Part shown: positions 24,206 to 37,485 of the stretch, in pieces | Position numbering within the stretch: the stretch's first letter is position 1 | How the letters are laid out: each line of letters opens with the position of its first letter | DNA from: Vicugna vicugna | Taxonomy: Eukaryota | Assembly (NCBI GenBank): GCA_013265495.1 | Contig: MU059052.1 | Coordinates: 1,134,702 to 1,198,701, forward strand | DNA: 64,000 nucleotides | Direction: 5' to 3' | Position numbers and translations under genes: made by a program | Notes under the pieces: generated by a model | The model's database searches: none | What the model saw: only the letters and a program-made list of their open reading frames with translations | Told to the model about the DNA's origin: nothing

Positions 24206-26084
24206 TCTAGTGAAGTGCATGCCATGGTCATGCCGTGGTCACGGCTCATCAATGTGGAGTCATCCTCGTGCCTGCAGGACACTGTCACGGCGTCCACGTG
24301 GCCCTGGCCTGGTGTGCAACTTGATCTTTGTGACATTCCTCTCTGTCCTGTTTGCTTTCACTCCACTCACTCCCAGTAATTTGGAAGAAGCCTGAGAAGC
24401 CTGCAAAACTAACATCGGGCAGTTTAGCTATTTTTAATTGCCTCTGGCCGAAAACGTGATGGGGAGGGAGATTGACTGAAAGATACTTTGGGGATTTGGC
24501 TTTCCATGTCTCCTGTTAGCACAGAAAATTGAGAACCAGTGAGTCTCAGGACATTCTCCAAAATGAAAATGCTGTTTCGTTAACTGCCACCTGTGGTTCT
24601 TGCTGCCATAAAGTGGGAGTGAGAAATCACAGGTCTCTCGGAAAGAACAATCAAATCTGTGTGGTTTGCCCTGAAATAAAATAGGGAATACACAGGCTTT
24701 AAAGCCTAGGATTTGGCATAATGCAAATGAAGCAAGTCATGAATCTGTAATCCTTTCACCCGCAGCTTTGAAGTCTTTATGGTTATTGCTGCTGAAGTTG
24801 CTGCTTTTTGGTTGATACAGGCAGGCTGCATCAACACCATTTAGAATAGCTGGAGGCTGACGTTTTAGAAGAAAAAGGGCAACCAGAGCAATTTCCCTGA
24901 GAGTCCATGAATCCGAATTCTGTTGAATGTGACAGTTCCTAGATAACCCTGGGTTCTTCACAGAAACACGTGTGGGAGGTGCTGGAGCCTCGCTGTCCAG
25001 AGTGAGTCTAAGAATGAACTAGTCTTCAGTGTTTCTGGACCGAGAAAATACATCTCTGGGGTTTTAAAAAATATGTGGGTGTTCATGTGGGAAGGTAGGA
25101 ATAAACTGCCAGCTTTGTTCTGCTCCTTCATCATTTCTTTGGATTTAAGTACCTGCATAATCGTTTCCCACCCTTCTGTGTTGGCTTCCTCTCTCCCCAC
25201 CCCTGCCCTGGCTGTTGCTCTTGGGTAAAAGTGCTCTTATTAATCATTTGGACTGTGGGATATGTCAGGGTTTAGAGACAGTCCTTCCTCTGTCTATACC
25301 CATCTTACTCATTCTTTGAGCCTATTCACCTGAAAAATATCAAAGAGGGAAGAAGACTCTAGAAAAGGAAGAACAGTGGTTGGCTAAGTCAGCATGGTTT
25401 GTCTTAGGAAATGTTACCATCACGTTAGGGCAGATGCCTTTTTGCTTACAAGTGAAATGATGTAACATGTATGGTTGACATTTCCTGTTGAATTCTTGGT
25501 TCAGCATTTCAGTAGGAGGTACCAGATGAAACTCTGCATTCTCAGCCTTCATGGGTGGCATGTGTCTCCAGTGACGTAAAAACGACAGAATCTATGGAGT
25601 GGCACACTTGGTGCAGGTCATGGCGTGGCCATCCCAGGGTCTCCGCTCTGACTTGGGGTACTTCACCCCACCTGCAACTTCCTATGCTCTTCTAAAATAG
25701 CCACAAAATCCTCCAAATCTCTGTGCTATTTTCAGACCTGCTTCCACTTAGAATAATTAGTTTCAATCATTACTCACAAGATTAGTGCCTAATTTGGGAC
25801 GAAGTATTTTATTTGGCCTTAAACTGTCTCTCTTTTCGAGCGTCAGAGAATCTGTATTCCAAGAATTACCAGGCTGTGTGCATCTCTGCCAGGTGCATGG
25901 TAACCGTGTGGAGAGGAGGCTGGAATAAACCCCACCCAGAGGCGGCCTCCCTGCTCCCCAGCTCATCCCGGGCTCCGTGAGCAGCCGCCCGACTTCACAG
26001 CTGTCTCCCTGAATAGCGCCTGGTGCTTGTCGAATGAAAAGAGTGGTTCCTCTGCTTTACCTTAAACCATCTAACCCTTTGCCC

Positions 26085-26580
26085 AAGTCACTTTTAAAAT
26101 TATTGATGTGAATTCTATACCGTAAAACTATTTTAGAGTCCATTTTAAAGTGAAAAATCAGTGGCATTTAGCACCTTCACCGTGTTGTGCAGCCGTTGCC
26201 TCTTTCTAGTTTCTGGTACCTGTTACGCGGTCATTCCGCGTCCCTCCCTCCCCCTGGCGCCTGGTGACCACCATGCTGCTTTTTGTCCCTGTGGACCTGC
26301 CCATTCTGGATGTTTTATGTAGATAGAATCATCCAATCTGTGGCCTTTTGTGTCTGGCTTTTCTGCTCAGCCTGATGTTTCCGAGGTCTGTCAGTGATGT
26401 CGTGGGTATGAGTTCGGCTTTCCCTTGTGGTTCGATACTGTTCTAGCGTCCGGATACAGCGCATTCTATTTATCCACTCATTAATCGACAGACATTTGAA
26501 TTGTTTCCATCTTTCAGCCCTTGGGAATAGTGCTGCTGTGAACGTTCATGTACTGGCATTTGAGTCTGTTTTCAATTCTT
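26085..26580 (-). mobile_element. L1M (MB/MC-type) 3' end
   Basis: 'tcagtggcatttagcaccttcaccgtgttgtgcagcc...ctgcccattctggatgttt...ttatccactcattaatcgacagacatttgaattgtttcc'. Confidence 0.8.
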
Positions 26581-26699
26581 CTGAGCCACGTTGTGCTGAT
26601 TTCCTGATTGTCTCTCACACCTGTCCACCGCTCTCCCTTTAGTCGAGCCTCCCTCGTCTCTGGTGCCCTGGCTGGCTGGTCTGGCCCTTCCCCAGTCTG

Positions 26700-27610
26700 C
26701 ACTCTACGCTGTAGCCCTGTAGCCTTTTCAAAATGCAGACCTGGTGTTTATGCCCTTCACTGATTTTTGAGGTTGCTCACAGGATAAGGCACAAACTCCT
26801 TTCAGGCCCACAGGGCCCTGCATAGCCAGGTCTCTAACTGTTCCTTTAAGCTCATCTCACCATTCTGCCCCTCACTATCTCTGCTGGAGCCACACTGACC
26901 TTTCTGTCCTACAGACTCTCCATGCCGGGCTCCACCACGGGCCCTTTGCACATGCTCCCCTGTTGCCTGGAATGCTCCTCTCTCCTCTTTGCCTGATTAA
27001 CGCCTTCTCACCCCAGAGTTCTAAACTCATGCCTCAGCTCTTCAGGGAAGCCTTCCCTAAGTCAGACTCACCCCAGCCCACCCCTACCATCTTGGATGCC
27101 CACAGGCTCCTAACTGTTCCTTTGTAGCACAAATTCCAGTTGCAATTTTACATTTGGAAGATTATTTCATTAATAACTGTGACTACAGAGACAGAAGGCA
27201 GCTGTATGCAGAGCATGGGTTCTGGAGCCAGACTATCAGGGTTCAAATGCTGGCTCTGTCCCTTACTGGCTGTGTGATCTTGGGCAAGTTAATTAACCTC
27301 TCTGTGCCTCTGTTTCCTCATGCATCAAATGAAGATCATAATAACACTTACCTTAGATGAATGTTGTGGGAATGAAATAAATTCATATGTGTTAAGTACC
27401 TGGCACTAGAATGACCTCAATAAAAGTACTTTTGCTATAATTAAAAACAAAAAAGAACTATGCCTACACTGCCACCCCAACACCCTTCTTCCCCAGACTG
27501 TAAGCTCAGTGGGCAGGGAAGCTCAGGGGGCAAGTCTCTTTTGCTCATTGTTATAGCTCTAGAATTTAGTCCAGGATGACCATGTGGTCAGTGCTTATTA
27601 AGTTTTTATT
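26700..27610 (+). mobile_element. L2 3' region (~26700-27150 and ~27480-27610) with a nested MIR (~27190-27430)
   Basis: L2: 'ggccctttgcacatgctcccctgttgcctggaatgctc', 'gggaagccttccctaa', 'gtgcttattaagtttttattgaatga'. MIR: 'ttctggagccagactatcagggttcaaatgc...gctgtgtgatcttgggcaagttaattaacctctctgtgcctctgtttcctc'. Confidence 0.8.
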
Positions 27611-28939
27611 GAATGATTGGATGAACCCATTCCCTTCTTCACAGAGACCATTACACTATGGTGTCCCGTCTGTCTGTCCGTCTCTGCACTTTTAGGGGGC
27701 TCTCCCTTCCAGCCTGCAACTTGGTGGCGTTTGGCCGCAACCCTGCTCCTGCCCACTTCCTCATCTGGCGTGTTTGAGGAATTGTTGAAGGCGGGGAGCC
27801 TTTGTCCCTGACTCTGTCCTGAGGGTGTGGCCCAGTCAATGGGACAACTGCGGGAACGCAGAAGACTTGCTGGGCACCGGCCGGGCCATGTGCTCCCTGC
27901 TTCAAACATACTGAATGAGACAGGCGGGAGTGATTTCTGTCCCCGTGTTACAGACGAGGATTAAGAGTCTTAGCATCTGGAGACATTTGGAGAAGAGCCT
28001 CTGGAAATGTCCCTGAAGGGCAGAAATAAGGGATCATGAGGGCAGTGGCAGCACAGGAGTGTGGAACCCCCACACGAGGGTCCTGGGCCCTGTGCCTCTC
28101 CCTCCCTGTCCTAACCTGGCTTCCAGCTCCACGAAACCTTCAACTCCTTACTCTCCATTTTATAATCGCCCTTGCAAAAAAATCTAATTGCCCTGGCAAG
28201 CCCCCTCACCCCAACCTCTGTCCTGGCCCTGCTTATGTTTAACTATCTCAGTCGGGAAACGTGTGATGAGTAACTTCTGGGAGCACAGAGGAGAGGCCAG
28301 CAGAACCAGCAGCCGCTCTTTTGACAGGAGTGCATGTGGGTGTCACTTCCCTGGGCTCTGAGAAGCTGCTAACGATCAGCTGGTTGTGGAGGCTGAGGAA
28401 ATGCCTCCTTGTTTGCTTTGTATCTTCCTCAGCGTGGTAAGAATGTGTAAACAAGGACGAACAGTCCCCCAGAGTCCTTTCGGGTCCCTGTGAAAGAGCA
28501 TGTACATGGAGCTGACCTAGCGGGGCTCGCGGGCGGAGTGACAAAAGGGCCGTGAGTCCATTGCTTCTCCCGACAGACAGAGAGGGACGGCCGTGAGCCA
28601 TTAGAGCAGGGGCTGCCCTAGGAAGCTCTGAATGCTTGGCTGTGTGTCCTGCTGGTGCCTGACCCTACCAGAAGGAAGGCGGCAGCCTGATGTGCTGACC
28701 TCCCTGGGAGAGCAGTGTCCCCAGGCCATGCAGCCTGGCGCATTGGGAAACTGATATTAGCAGCGTGATGGCCGTGCAGCTTTTAGCTCCAGGGAACCCC
28801 AAATCTGGAATGCGTGCGTGTGCATTGTCACGTGGGGGGCGTTGGTTTAACATGTGTTTCCGGAGCCTTCTCTCCTACGTGCATTTGAGCATCAGGCATG
28901 GCTACCCCAGGTTTCATCCTGCCCGGCCCACTGGCCGGC

Positions 28940-29085
28940 AGTGAGTGACCTTGCTGTGTTCCCTTTCTGAACCGTGCTTTTCCCACGTGTCAAATGAGAG
29001 AATTATTAACTGCCTCCCTTGGTTGGCATTAGGATTAAAGGTGATAATATGTGAAAAGTGCCAAATAGTTGGCACTTAGGAAACA
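28940..29085 (+). mobile_element. MIR 3' half
   Basis: 'gtgaccttg...ttctgaaccgtgctttt...tcaaatgagagaattatt...aggattaaaggtgataatatgtgaaaagtgcc'. Confidence 0.7.
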
Positions 29086-30459
29086 TTCGTCCCCTTTCCT
29101 CCCCTTCCTCCTGCTTCTGGGTCTCGGTTTTTCAGAGGATTCAGGAGCTAACCTGGTCATAGATTATTGGCCACCTATGTTTTCTTACTGTTGCTGGATT
29201 TACCCAAACTGAACCTACTGGAATGACTACCTGTTAGTAAGTAAGTTTTATTTTGGCAGTTTAGCAAAGGGTCTTCCAGTGGGGCGTAGGGCACGTTAAG
29301 GAAAACAACTGATGCTGTGTTTTGGCAGAGTGGACACTCCTCTTCCTGTTTGAGGGAAAGCCTTTGGAACGTTAACCCAGTCATCGCAACCCACTTCTTT
29401 GTGGAGTTCACGTGGCGATTATCACAGAAAGAGGGAAGAAGGAGTTTTAATGCTTATGAGAATCCCGTGTTTTCTCTCCCATTTTTACACTTCTCTGCCC
29501 GCACGCTCCCGCCTTTCCCTGTTCTCCACCCTCTCCTCCTCCTGTCCTAGCATCAGGCAGTTGCAGAACTCAGAAGAGCCCCTGGCGGGGTCCTCTCCTC
29601 CTATCCCTGCACTTTACATGTGGGGAGACTGAGACCCAGGATGTCAGATGACAGGCCCGGGGTCCTGAGCTCCTCCGTGCTCCTCTTCTTCCAGCCCCCG
29701 GAGGTGGCCCTCTGAGGAGACTACCAAGGCTCCAAAGAAACAAGCCCACCTCTTTCTTTCAATATGAGGAAATGATAGTTGCCCAGTGAGCCTCCAAGGG
29801 GCGGAGGAATCCCTGCCCCACCATCCCGCAGACCCCTGGGCCCTGGGAAAGGATCTTAGAGGCAGGGCTGCAGCAGGATCCTTTTGGCCATGGTGAGCCA
29901 GTTTTACTTACGAGTAATATGTCTTCCTTCTGGTATGTGGGCGAAGCAGACAATTTGAGAACCAGCTGTTCTGAAAAGAAAAGAAAAAAAAAGACCCTTA
30001 AGGCAGAATTCAGATGTGGAGGGCTCTCACAGGAAGCTTTTGTTTTCCTTTGAAATTTTGGGGAGAAAGGATCTAAGAATTCGCTAAAGGTGAGCTGGCC
30101 CCACTCCCTGCAGCCTGCCCCTGCCCCACCTGCCCCACCTGTCCTGTCCGGGCCTGGAGGTGGAGCATCAGGAGACAGACCTCAGTTCAGACCCTCCCTC
30201 TTAACTCTTTTATCAGCTATGTAATCTTGAATGTGAACTCACTTTGGGGCATAACCTTTCCAGGCCAGGCNNNNNNNNNNNNNNNNNNNNNNNNNNNNNN
30301 NNNNNNNNNNNNNNNNNNNNNNNNNNNNNNNNNNNNNNNNNNNNNNNNNNNNNNNNNNNNNNNNNNNNNNNNNNNNNNNNNNNNNNNNNNNNNNNNNGGG
30401 AAGGCTCTGGAGCAGGCTTCTCAGAGCTGGCTGAGCTCATGAACCCTCCCCACCCCCGG

Positions 30460-31450
30460 GAGCTTGGGAAAATACAGATCCCAGTGCAGGAGGTCTGAGC
30501 TGGGCCTGAGAGCTTGCACTTCTAACATACTGGTCCACGGCCCACACTCTGAGTAGCAAGGACCCAAAAGGTGCTCCCATCCTTAGGTTTGCTGCGAACT
30601 GTTGGTGCAGACAACTAGGTCGACAAGCTGGCAAGTCTTTTTTCAGCCCTAGAAATAGAAGAAAATACCTGCCCCTTACATGACGCTGATCATGAAAGTT
30701 TAGGCATGGGGGCTTTTGGCCATCAGCAATCTTCTCCCTGGTCCCTTATATTGTTAATTGTCCCCAATAACATGAGAAATACTGAAGAAGAGGGCAGGGA
30801 AAGGGACAATCTACTCTGTGGGCCAAGAGAGGTCATCAAGGACCTTACAAAATACCTTACATACCTCAGGGTTCAGGAGTTATGGTTCCTTATCTCCCAG
30901 AGTTTCCCTGCGCAGAGCGTCTTTCAGGTATAAAGCAAAGAAAATGGAGAATGTCTTTCCTTCATCAGTAACACCAACTTGCATCTCGAATCAGAGTCGC
31001 CTGGAGGGGCTGTTAAAGCACAGATTTCCAGGCTCCTCGCTGGGGATTCTAATTCAATAGCATGTTCAGATCCCAGGGGATACCGATGAGCACACTTGGA
31101 CTAGCACCACGTGAGTCCCCAAAGCCTGTCTGTAGGAGTGGTGCACGTGGGAAACATGCCAGCCTGTGCCCCCTCTTCCCGGTTCTCACCCTGCTGATCA
31201 CAGTGGCTTTGCCAGGAGTGGGCATGTTTATGCTGCACTGGGGTTTGCGGCGTGAACGAGAGGTTCATCTGTCTCCAGATGTCTGAAGGTCCTGCGAGGG
31301 TTAGGAGAGATGAGATTTCCGGCTGCCTGCAGATGGCTCTTCCTAGCACAGCGGGCCCCGAGAGGCGGAAGCTCTGTAATGCGGCTGGTTGGCTGATCAC
31401 CTGGGGGGATTTTTAAAAAATAGAGCTTCCTGGGGTACATCCTAGGAGAC
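30460..31450 (+). mobile_element. Three partial MER5-type hAT-Charlie MITE fragments (~30460-30560, ~30975-31060, ~31385-31450)
   Basis: 'gagcttgggaaaatacagat...ggtctgagctgggcctgagagcttgcacttctaaca...ggtccacggcccacactctgagtagca'; 'gaatcagagtcgcctggaggggctgttaaagcacagatt'; 'atcacctggggggatttttaaaaaatag'. Confidence 0.6.
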
Positions 31451-32412
31451 TCGGGCGAGCAGCCAGGCTTGGGACCCCCTGCGTGGAGAGCAGCGAGGCA
31501 CCAGATGGGCAGTGGAGAGCTGCTCTCACTTTTAACGATTCCTGGATTCAGCTCTAATGATTACTCTGCTGAGCAAATGATTCCCCAGCAGGAAATTGGA
31601 CCATTTGTGAAGTACATTTCCTCGCTGAATCCCTAAAGTCAGAGTTGATAAATTCCTCTTGCATTTTCCAAAGTGGTTCATTTCTCTCCCGGGGATAGTT
31701 ACCAGCCAGGACCATCTGGCCATGGGGATTCATCTGGGGTGAAGCGTCCCTTGGGAATAACACTGTCCACGGCCGCTGGGCAGTGTTGAAAGGGGAGTGG
31801 ACAACAGTCACCGATGAGCAAATCCCAGAGAGAGAACTTCCCAGGCAAACTCAAAGTCAGGTTAAAATTGAGGCAATTAGATAATTAGCTTCAAGGAGCA
31901 GTCCCTCCTCTCATTTATTACACATGGATTTGAGGACGGTGGTCTTCCCTGGAGTTTCCTGGTTCACGAGGAGATGCTTTCAGAGTGTCACTGGGCGCCA
32001 TGCGCTGTGCCAGGTGGGCTGCATAAAGGTGACTCGGGTACAGTCCCTTCCCTTATGGCATCCACTGTTGGCGAGAGGCAGGCACTTAACATCTAACTGT
32101 AAAGGCAGCCTAACTCCTAGAGCAGCATGTATCTGGAGCAGCCTCCCAGCACGCTCCACCCTTGCCCAGTCTCATTTTCTCCATAGCAGTTGCCACAGAA
32201 ATGACTGGCTGAGTACTTGCTTATGCCTCATCTTCCCTCTTACAGCATAAGCAACAAGAGAGCAAAGAGCAGACCGTTAGATCCTGCCATCTCTCAGCCA
32301 CTGGATGTGAGCGCCTCAGGAGGGGCACAGGCGCTGCTCTCTGCAGCTGAGGCCTTCCGGAAAGGGGCTGCCCCAAATCTGGGGCAGATGCTTTGGGAGG
32401 AGGTAGCAGCTA

Positions 32413-32590
32413 CAGTGGTTCTCAGATGTTAGCAGGCATCAGGATTACCTGGAGGGCTTGTTAAAACACAGATCACTGGGCCTCACCCTAGAGTTTCTGA
32501 TCCAGTAGGTCTAGGATGGGGCCAGAACATTTCTAACAAGTTCCCAGGTGATGCTGATGCTCCTGGGCCCAGGACCACACTTCGAGGGGT
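32413..32590 (+). mobile_element. Near full-length MER5A (hAT-Charlie)
   Basis: 'cagtggttctca...catcaggattacctggagggcttgttaaaacacagatcactgggcctcaccctagagtttctgatccagtaggtctaggatggggcc...atttctaacaagttcccaggtgatgctgatgctcctgggcccaggaccacactt'. Confidence 0.9.
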
Positions 32591-32619
32591 GGAGCATCAG
32601 TGCAGCCGTCACAACTGAC

Positions 32620-33310
32620 CCAGCGGACAGGTGGAAGGTGACCAGGTAACAGAGGCAGGGAGACTTTTTAAAAGTGACCCAGGTGAGAGGAGATGGGGCT
32701 CTGAAACAGGCCACAGCAGTGGGACTGGAAGAAGAAAGAGGGTGCTCCAGACACACGTGATGATGGGCGGGGCCGGATGCAAGATGGGACACAGGAGGAG
32801 AGGCAAGAGTCAGAGCAGCCGGAAGGATGCAAATGCCAGGAACTGGGATGGGCATGGGGTGGGGCAGAGGAATGGCATGTTCCTTTGGGACCTGCTGCTG
32901 GGTTTTCACTTCTATAGAGACCTCCAGATGGGAATGTTAAAAAGGAAGTCGAAATACAATTCACAACTCAAGAGGGAAATCTGAGCTGCAGGTATAGATT
33001 TGAGGGCCTTTGGGGTAGAGGTGTAAGCTGAAGCCGTGGGGCTGAGTAAGATTAGGTAAGGCTGGCTCATTAAAGAAAGAGCAGTGATGCCCCAGAAGGA
33101 AGCCAAGAGACTCGCTTGGAGTGCCAGGCAGAGACAGAGAGGAGTGGGGTGCTCCGAGGTGCATGAAGCAAAGGGACAGGAGGGTGTCACTGGGAAGGGG
33201 CAGTACCAGATGTCAGAGCATCTCAAAAACTGAGCCCATATCTGAAAAATTCGAGGACCCCTCAAAGTAGCCATCCCCAAGAGGCGGGGTTGCATGTGAG
33301 GCGTGAATTA
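32620..33310 (-). mobile_element. L2 fragment
   Basis: Antisense L2 text 'ggccacagcagtgggactggaagaaga', 'gctgcaggtatagatttgagggcc...ggtagaggtgtaagctgaagccgtggggctgagtaagat'. Confidence 0.65.
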
Positions 33311-33564
33311 GAGGAACTGGTCCACATACTTTCAAGCCCATAGTTTTTCAACTCCTCATTTTACTTTGCCTGTGCAGTTTTAGTTTTCCTTGATGATAAA
33401 GTTGCCTTCTGGTTCCATATTGGTGGAACATGCATAAGCGGAAAGAATCTCACCCTGTAGACACACGTGGGGCGTAGGAACCATCACGACAGGAGGCGTT
33501 TCTTCTCAGAGCAAAACCAAGGTGGACAGTATGGTGGCTCATGGTGAAGCTAGGGGTCAGCTGG

Positions 33565-33712
33565 TTTTTCTTCAGTTGAAGCATAATTGACTTACAATAT
33601 TGTATTTGTCTCAGATATACCACATAGTGGTTCGATATTTTTATATGTTATGAAATGATCACCACATTGTCTAGTTACCATTTTTCATCATACAAGTTAT
33701 TTCACTATTATC
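33565..33712 (-). mobile_element. L1 3' tail fragment
   Basis: 'gttgaagcataattgacttacaatattgtatttgtctcagatataccacatagtggttcgatattt...gaaatgatcacc'. Confidence 0.75.
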
Positions 33713-34130
33713 AACTAAATTCTGGGGGCAGTTTTTGCACCTCTAAGCTCCACGGTGGGAAGACAAGACACCATGTATTCATCTTTTTTCCTCTGCATCT
33801 GATACTGATGTAGACCCTCGTGGAACCTTGAAACCCCTAGTGTTACAAGAATTAAATGGATTCTGACAACTTGTTTTGAACTATTTGCGGTAAAATGCTG
33901 CAAAGAGAGTCGATTGCTGTGAACTGAGTGTCCCCAGGTGATAATTGTGTATTTCATAGGTGGACAGTTTGTTTAATTTGTGGTACCTGTTTTGTCCTCT
34001 GGGTCTTTGCAGACCCTGGTTTTTGAGAACACGGGGATGGAATCTGATGAGTCTCTGATGAGTCAGGATCGAGGTTTTCTGGCGCTGCCTGCTGTGAGAA
34101 CACACACCTACCTGTGCTCTGTCTTCACAG

Positions 34131-34241
34131 TTCTGTACGGAGCTCAACCAGCCAATCCTGCCCAACATCCGCAAGTGGAAGGGGCCCCGAGGATGCTGGA
34201 AGGTCATTGTTTCAGAGACGCCCTCGACTCAGCTCCAGAAG
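34131..34241 (+). CDS. EEPD1: EEPD1 coding exon (111 bp; exon 4 equivalent), FCTELNQPILPNIRKWKGPRGCWKVIVSETPSTQLQK
   Basis: gtcttcacag|TTCTGT...CAGAAG|gtaccc. 37 codons with no stop, matching recalled human FCTELNQPTLPNIRKWKGPRGCWK. Confidence 0.97.
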
Positions 34242-35304
34242 GTACCCTTGTCTGCAGAACTTGGATTTTTTTCCCATTTTCTTTTCCTCCCAACATTTAA
34301 ATGTTTCCTTTGCCAACATCCTTGGTGTGATTTTGTATTTCTGCCCACTTTTTAGCTCTTTGCCATTCATTTCAAAATGCCCTGGTTCTCGTTTCCTGTT
34401 TGGATCGGGAAGGGACTGCCGCCCAGCGGAAATGGGAGTTTGGGTGTTGGGAGGAGAGGAGAAATCCTGTCTGGAACCAAGTCCGCAAGTAGGGTGTTTC
34501 TGTCCTTTGTGCTCATAATCCCTTCTCCACGGTTCCAACCGCTGCCAAGTTTGTGGCGAGCCCGTGTTCATTGACTGAAAACTTCAGACCCACTTAATTG
34601 CGTGTGCACTCTTGGCTTTCAGTGGGAGGAACTGTGCACGTGGAAATGGTGTGTGGAAATTTTCAGCCGATTTTAATTTTGCATGTTCTTTCAGTAGTAT
34701 CACCCATCTGGGTTTGGGTAAATCTCTGTATATATATATAGATTTTCACTCTGGCATATCATATTCAAGATCGGTTTTTACTCACTTGAAATGTTCAGTA
34801 TCAGTGGAGTTGTAGATTTTTAAAAAAACCCTCCTAATTATGAGTGGAAAAAATGTATCATCACATAATTTTTCTATAAATGCAGATGCTATGTATTTTT
34901 TCTCTCTAGTATTCCTAATATGCTTGTAAACACACATGAATGGTGCTTAGCTGAGTGATATTGAGATTTGAGGCTTTTAACTGATAAATGTTTACTGGAT
35001 TAAAAGTATCCAGTCATTTATTACAGTAAGCTCTCTTTTTAGCTACACCTTAAAGTGTGACCTATGTTCTATTTCTCTGGGTTTTGGAGTGAAAATGGTT
35101 GCTGTAGGTGGGAGCCAGCGTGCATTCACAGGAGGCTGGAAATACTGCCAAACTGGAATGTATCTGGTCTTTACCACTCAAGCCCACAGCTGTCCCTTCT
35201 CAGTCCACATGAAAATAACAATAATACCCCTTTCCTTTTTTTTTAATAGCACTTCACACGTAGGTAGGTTCACAATTCTCTTAACAGCGCATTTAATGCT
35301 TTTT

Positions 35305-35670
35305 ATTCATTCATATTCAACAAATCATTAGAAAGGTGACTGCATGCCAGGCACTGTGTTACAAGCCAGATATATAAGGTGACAAAAACAGACCCAGCCA
35401 CCCAGCCCAGCCTGTTTTCATTCTTTGCATGTCCGGGAATCCGAACCTGAGCCTGACGGAGCCTGTGGTGGGGACAGGCCGGGTAACCCCACTCCAGGTA
35501 GGGTGTCAGGGCTGTTGGAGAACAGCAGGGAGGCCCAAGTTCAAGCCACTTACACCTCTCAGCTTCAAGTCCTTCATCTGTAAAACGGGAGCAACTAGCC
35601 CTCTCTTCACTCACAGGACAGCTGTAGGATTTAGAAAGATAACGTGCATTGAATGCTTGATTAACAGGCA
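35305..35670. mobile_element. L2 tail (-, ~35305-35400) and MIR (+, ~35520-35670)
   Basis: 'attcattcatattcaacaaatcatt...tgccaggcactgtgtta'; 'cttcaagtccttcatctgtaaaacggg...gctgtaggatttagaaagataacgtg'. Confidence 0.65.
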
Positions 35671-35744
35671 TGGGCGGCAGACAGGCCCGGTGGTGCTGGG
35701 CGGGGAGCGGGTGCCTGTCTCAGGTTGCCATGGAGAGTTGTGGG

Positions 35745-35905
35745 CCAGTGGACAAATCTCCTGGTTTCTCAAAAGGTGCCAATATCTGGATTTTAATGTG
35801 AAATTTCCTGAATTTTAAATGTGGGTAGATCATTTTAAAATTATTTTAAACACTGTCTGGATGTAACAAACAATCTGCAAGTCACAAATGTGCCACCTGG
35901 ACCGC
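35745..35905. mobile_element. Ancient hAT-type DNA transposon remnant (family not assigned)
   Basis: 'tctggattttaatgtgaaatttcctgaattttaaatg...aaacactgtctggatgtaacaaacaatctgc' resembles old eutherian hAT MITEs. Recognised from memory only. Confidence 0.4.
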
Positions 35906-37485
35906 GGACCAGCAGGAGAGAGTGTGGCAGCAGCTGCCATTTCTCCAGTGTCTGAAGGGACGTCCAAGTGCCTTCTCCTTGGTCTCCAGCCTCACCCCCT
36001 GGTGGAGGGGCAGTCCACACATGAGAACGCTGAGGTCTAGTGAGACAAAATGATTTGCCCGGAAGTCATCCAGCTGATGCGAGGTGGGGTTCAGGTCCCG
36101 ACCCAGCCAGCGCTCTCTGACTCTAACGCCCCGTCTCCTCCCACCACCCCATGTTGAGGGCAGCTCTTCTGGATAAGGGCCCACCTGAGCTGGGGGCTTG
36201 GGAAAAGCTCCCAGAAGGATGTGAGGAACCAGTAGTGGAAGAAGCAGCAATACAAGGCCAGGAAGGCCCAGTCGTGCTGGGAACATAGGCGAGCAGGCAG
36301 GCAAGGCAGTGATGAACAGGGAGGTGCCCACCCGGAGGGCCCCTGGGTTTTACAGCAGAGGGTGACCTTAGTGGTACTTAAGGTTACTCTGGCACCACCG
36401 CTTGGGAAACAGTAAATTGGGGGGAAGGGTGTATCACCCTCTGATCCCAACAGGGCAAATCATGTTTCCTTCACTCTACACCTGAGAAAACAGGTTTAGA
36501 AAAACACAGCAGCTCCCCAGAGATCCCACCGCTAAGTGGCTCAGGCGGTTCTGAGACCCAGGTCTTCTCATTGTTAAACTAGTGCCCCCACGAGTGGGTG
36601 GGCAGGTCGATCATTTTAAAATAGAAAGGCGCACAGCAGGCAGAACGCTGTTCCTCCCTTCCCTCCTCTGCCACACACGTGCGGCCGGGACTAAGCTGAA
36701 GCTGGCGACTCGGCCAGAGCCCACCAGGATGTGCAGTCACTTCTCCTTTCGCCACGAGCATCGCTGCCCCCACCGGGTGACACTGCTGATACCCCACCCC
36801 TGCACAGAGCCCCCAGCAGCCGGACTGGCGGTAGGGGGAGACTTTCCTCTTTCCACAAGGCACCCGGTGGCAGCAGCAGGAAGCAGGCAGATTCAGAGTG
36901 GTCCCTCTGATGGCCAGAGACCTTGACCCTGCTCACACCACCCTGTCTGTCTGCCCCACTCACTGGCCCTCGCAGCGCACTGCCCTGAGCACATGTTTAT
37001 TTCTACTAGGTGCCAGATCCCAGCTGTTGTAAGCAAAACCACCCTTTGGATTCTCGTATTTGATCCTCAGCATTGCCGCTTACCAGCTATGGGGTTTTAA
37101 AGAAGTTAAGTTACTTNNNNNNNNNNNNNNNNNNNNNNNNNNNNNNNNNNNNNNNNNNNNNNNNNNNNNNNNNNNNNNNNNNNNNNNNNNNNNNNNNNNN
37201 NNNNNNNNNNNNNNNNNNNNNNNNNNNNNNNNNNNNNNNNNNNNNNNNNNNNNNNNNNNNNNNNNNNNNNNNNNNNNNNNNNNNNNNNNNNNNNNCCCTC
37301 AAAAAGAGCCCAGGCACCCCTGGCAGTATGTGAAGCTCCCTGAAATTGCCGGTCTGGGAAATTGGGTGGGGGGACAAGGAGGAACACGCCGTGGCTTTGG
37401 GTGTGCTTCTGTCTCGTCTCGNNNNNNNNNNNNNNNNNNNNNNNNNNNNNNNNNNNNNNNNNNNNNNNNNNNNNNNNNNNNGCAG

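Noticed and set aside
24428-24437. Perfect MEF2 motif CTATTTTTAA
   Set aside because: A single short AT-rich match is expected by chance in 64 kb, and no clustering was seen.
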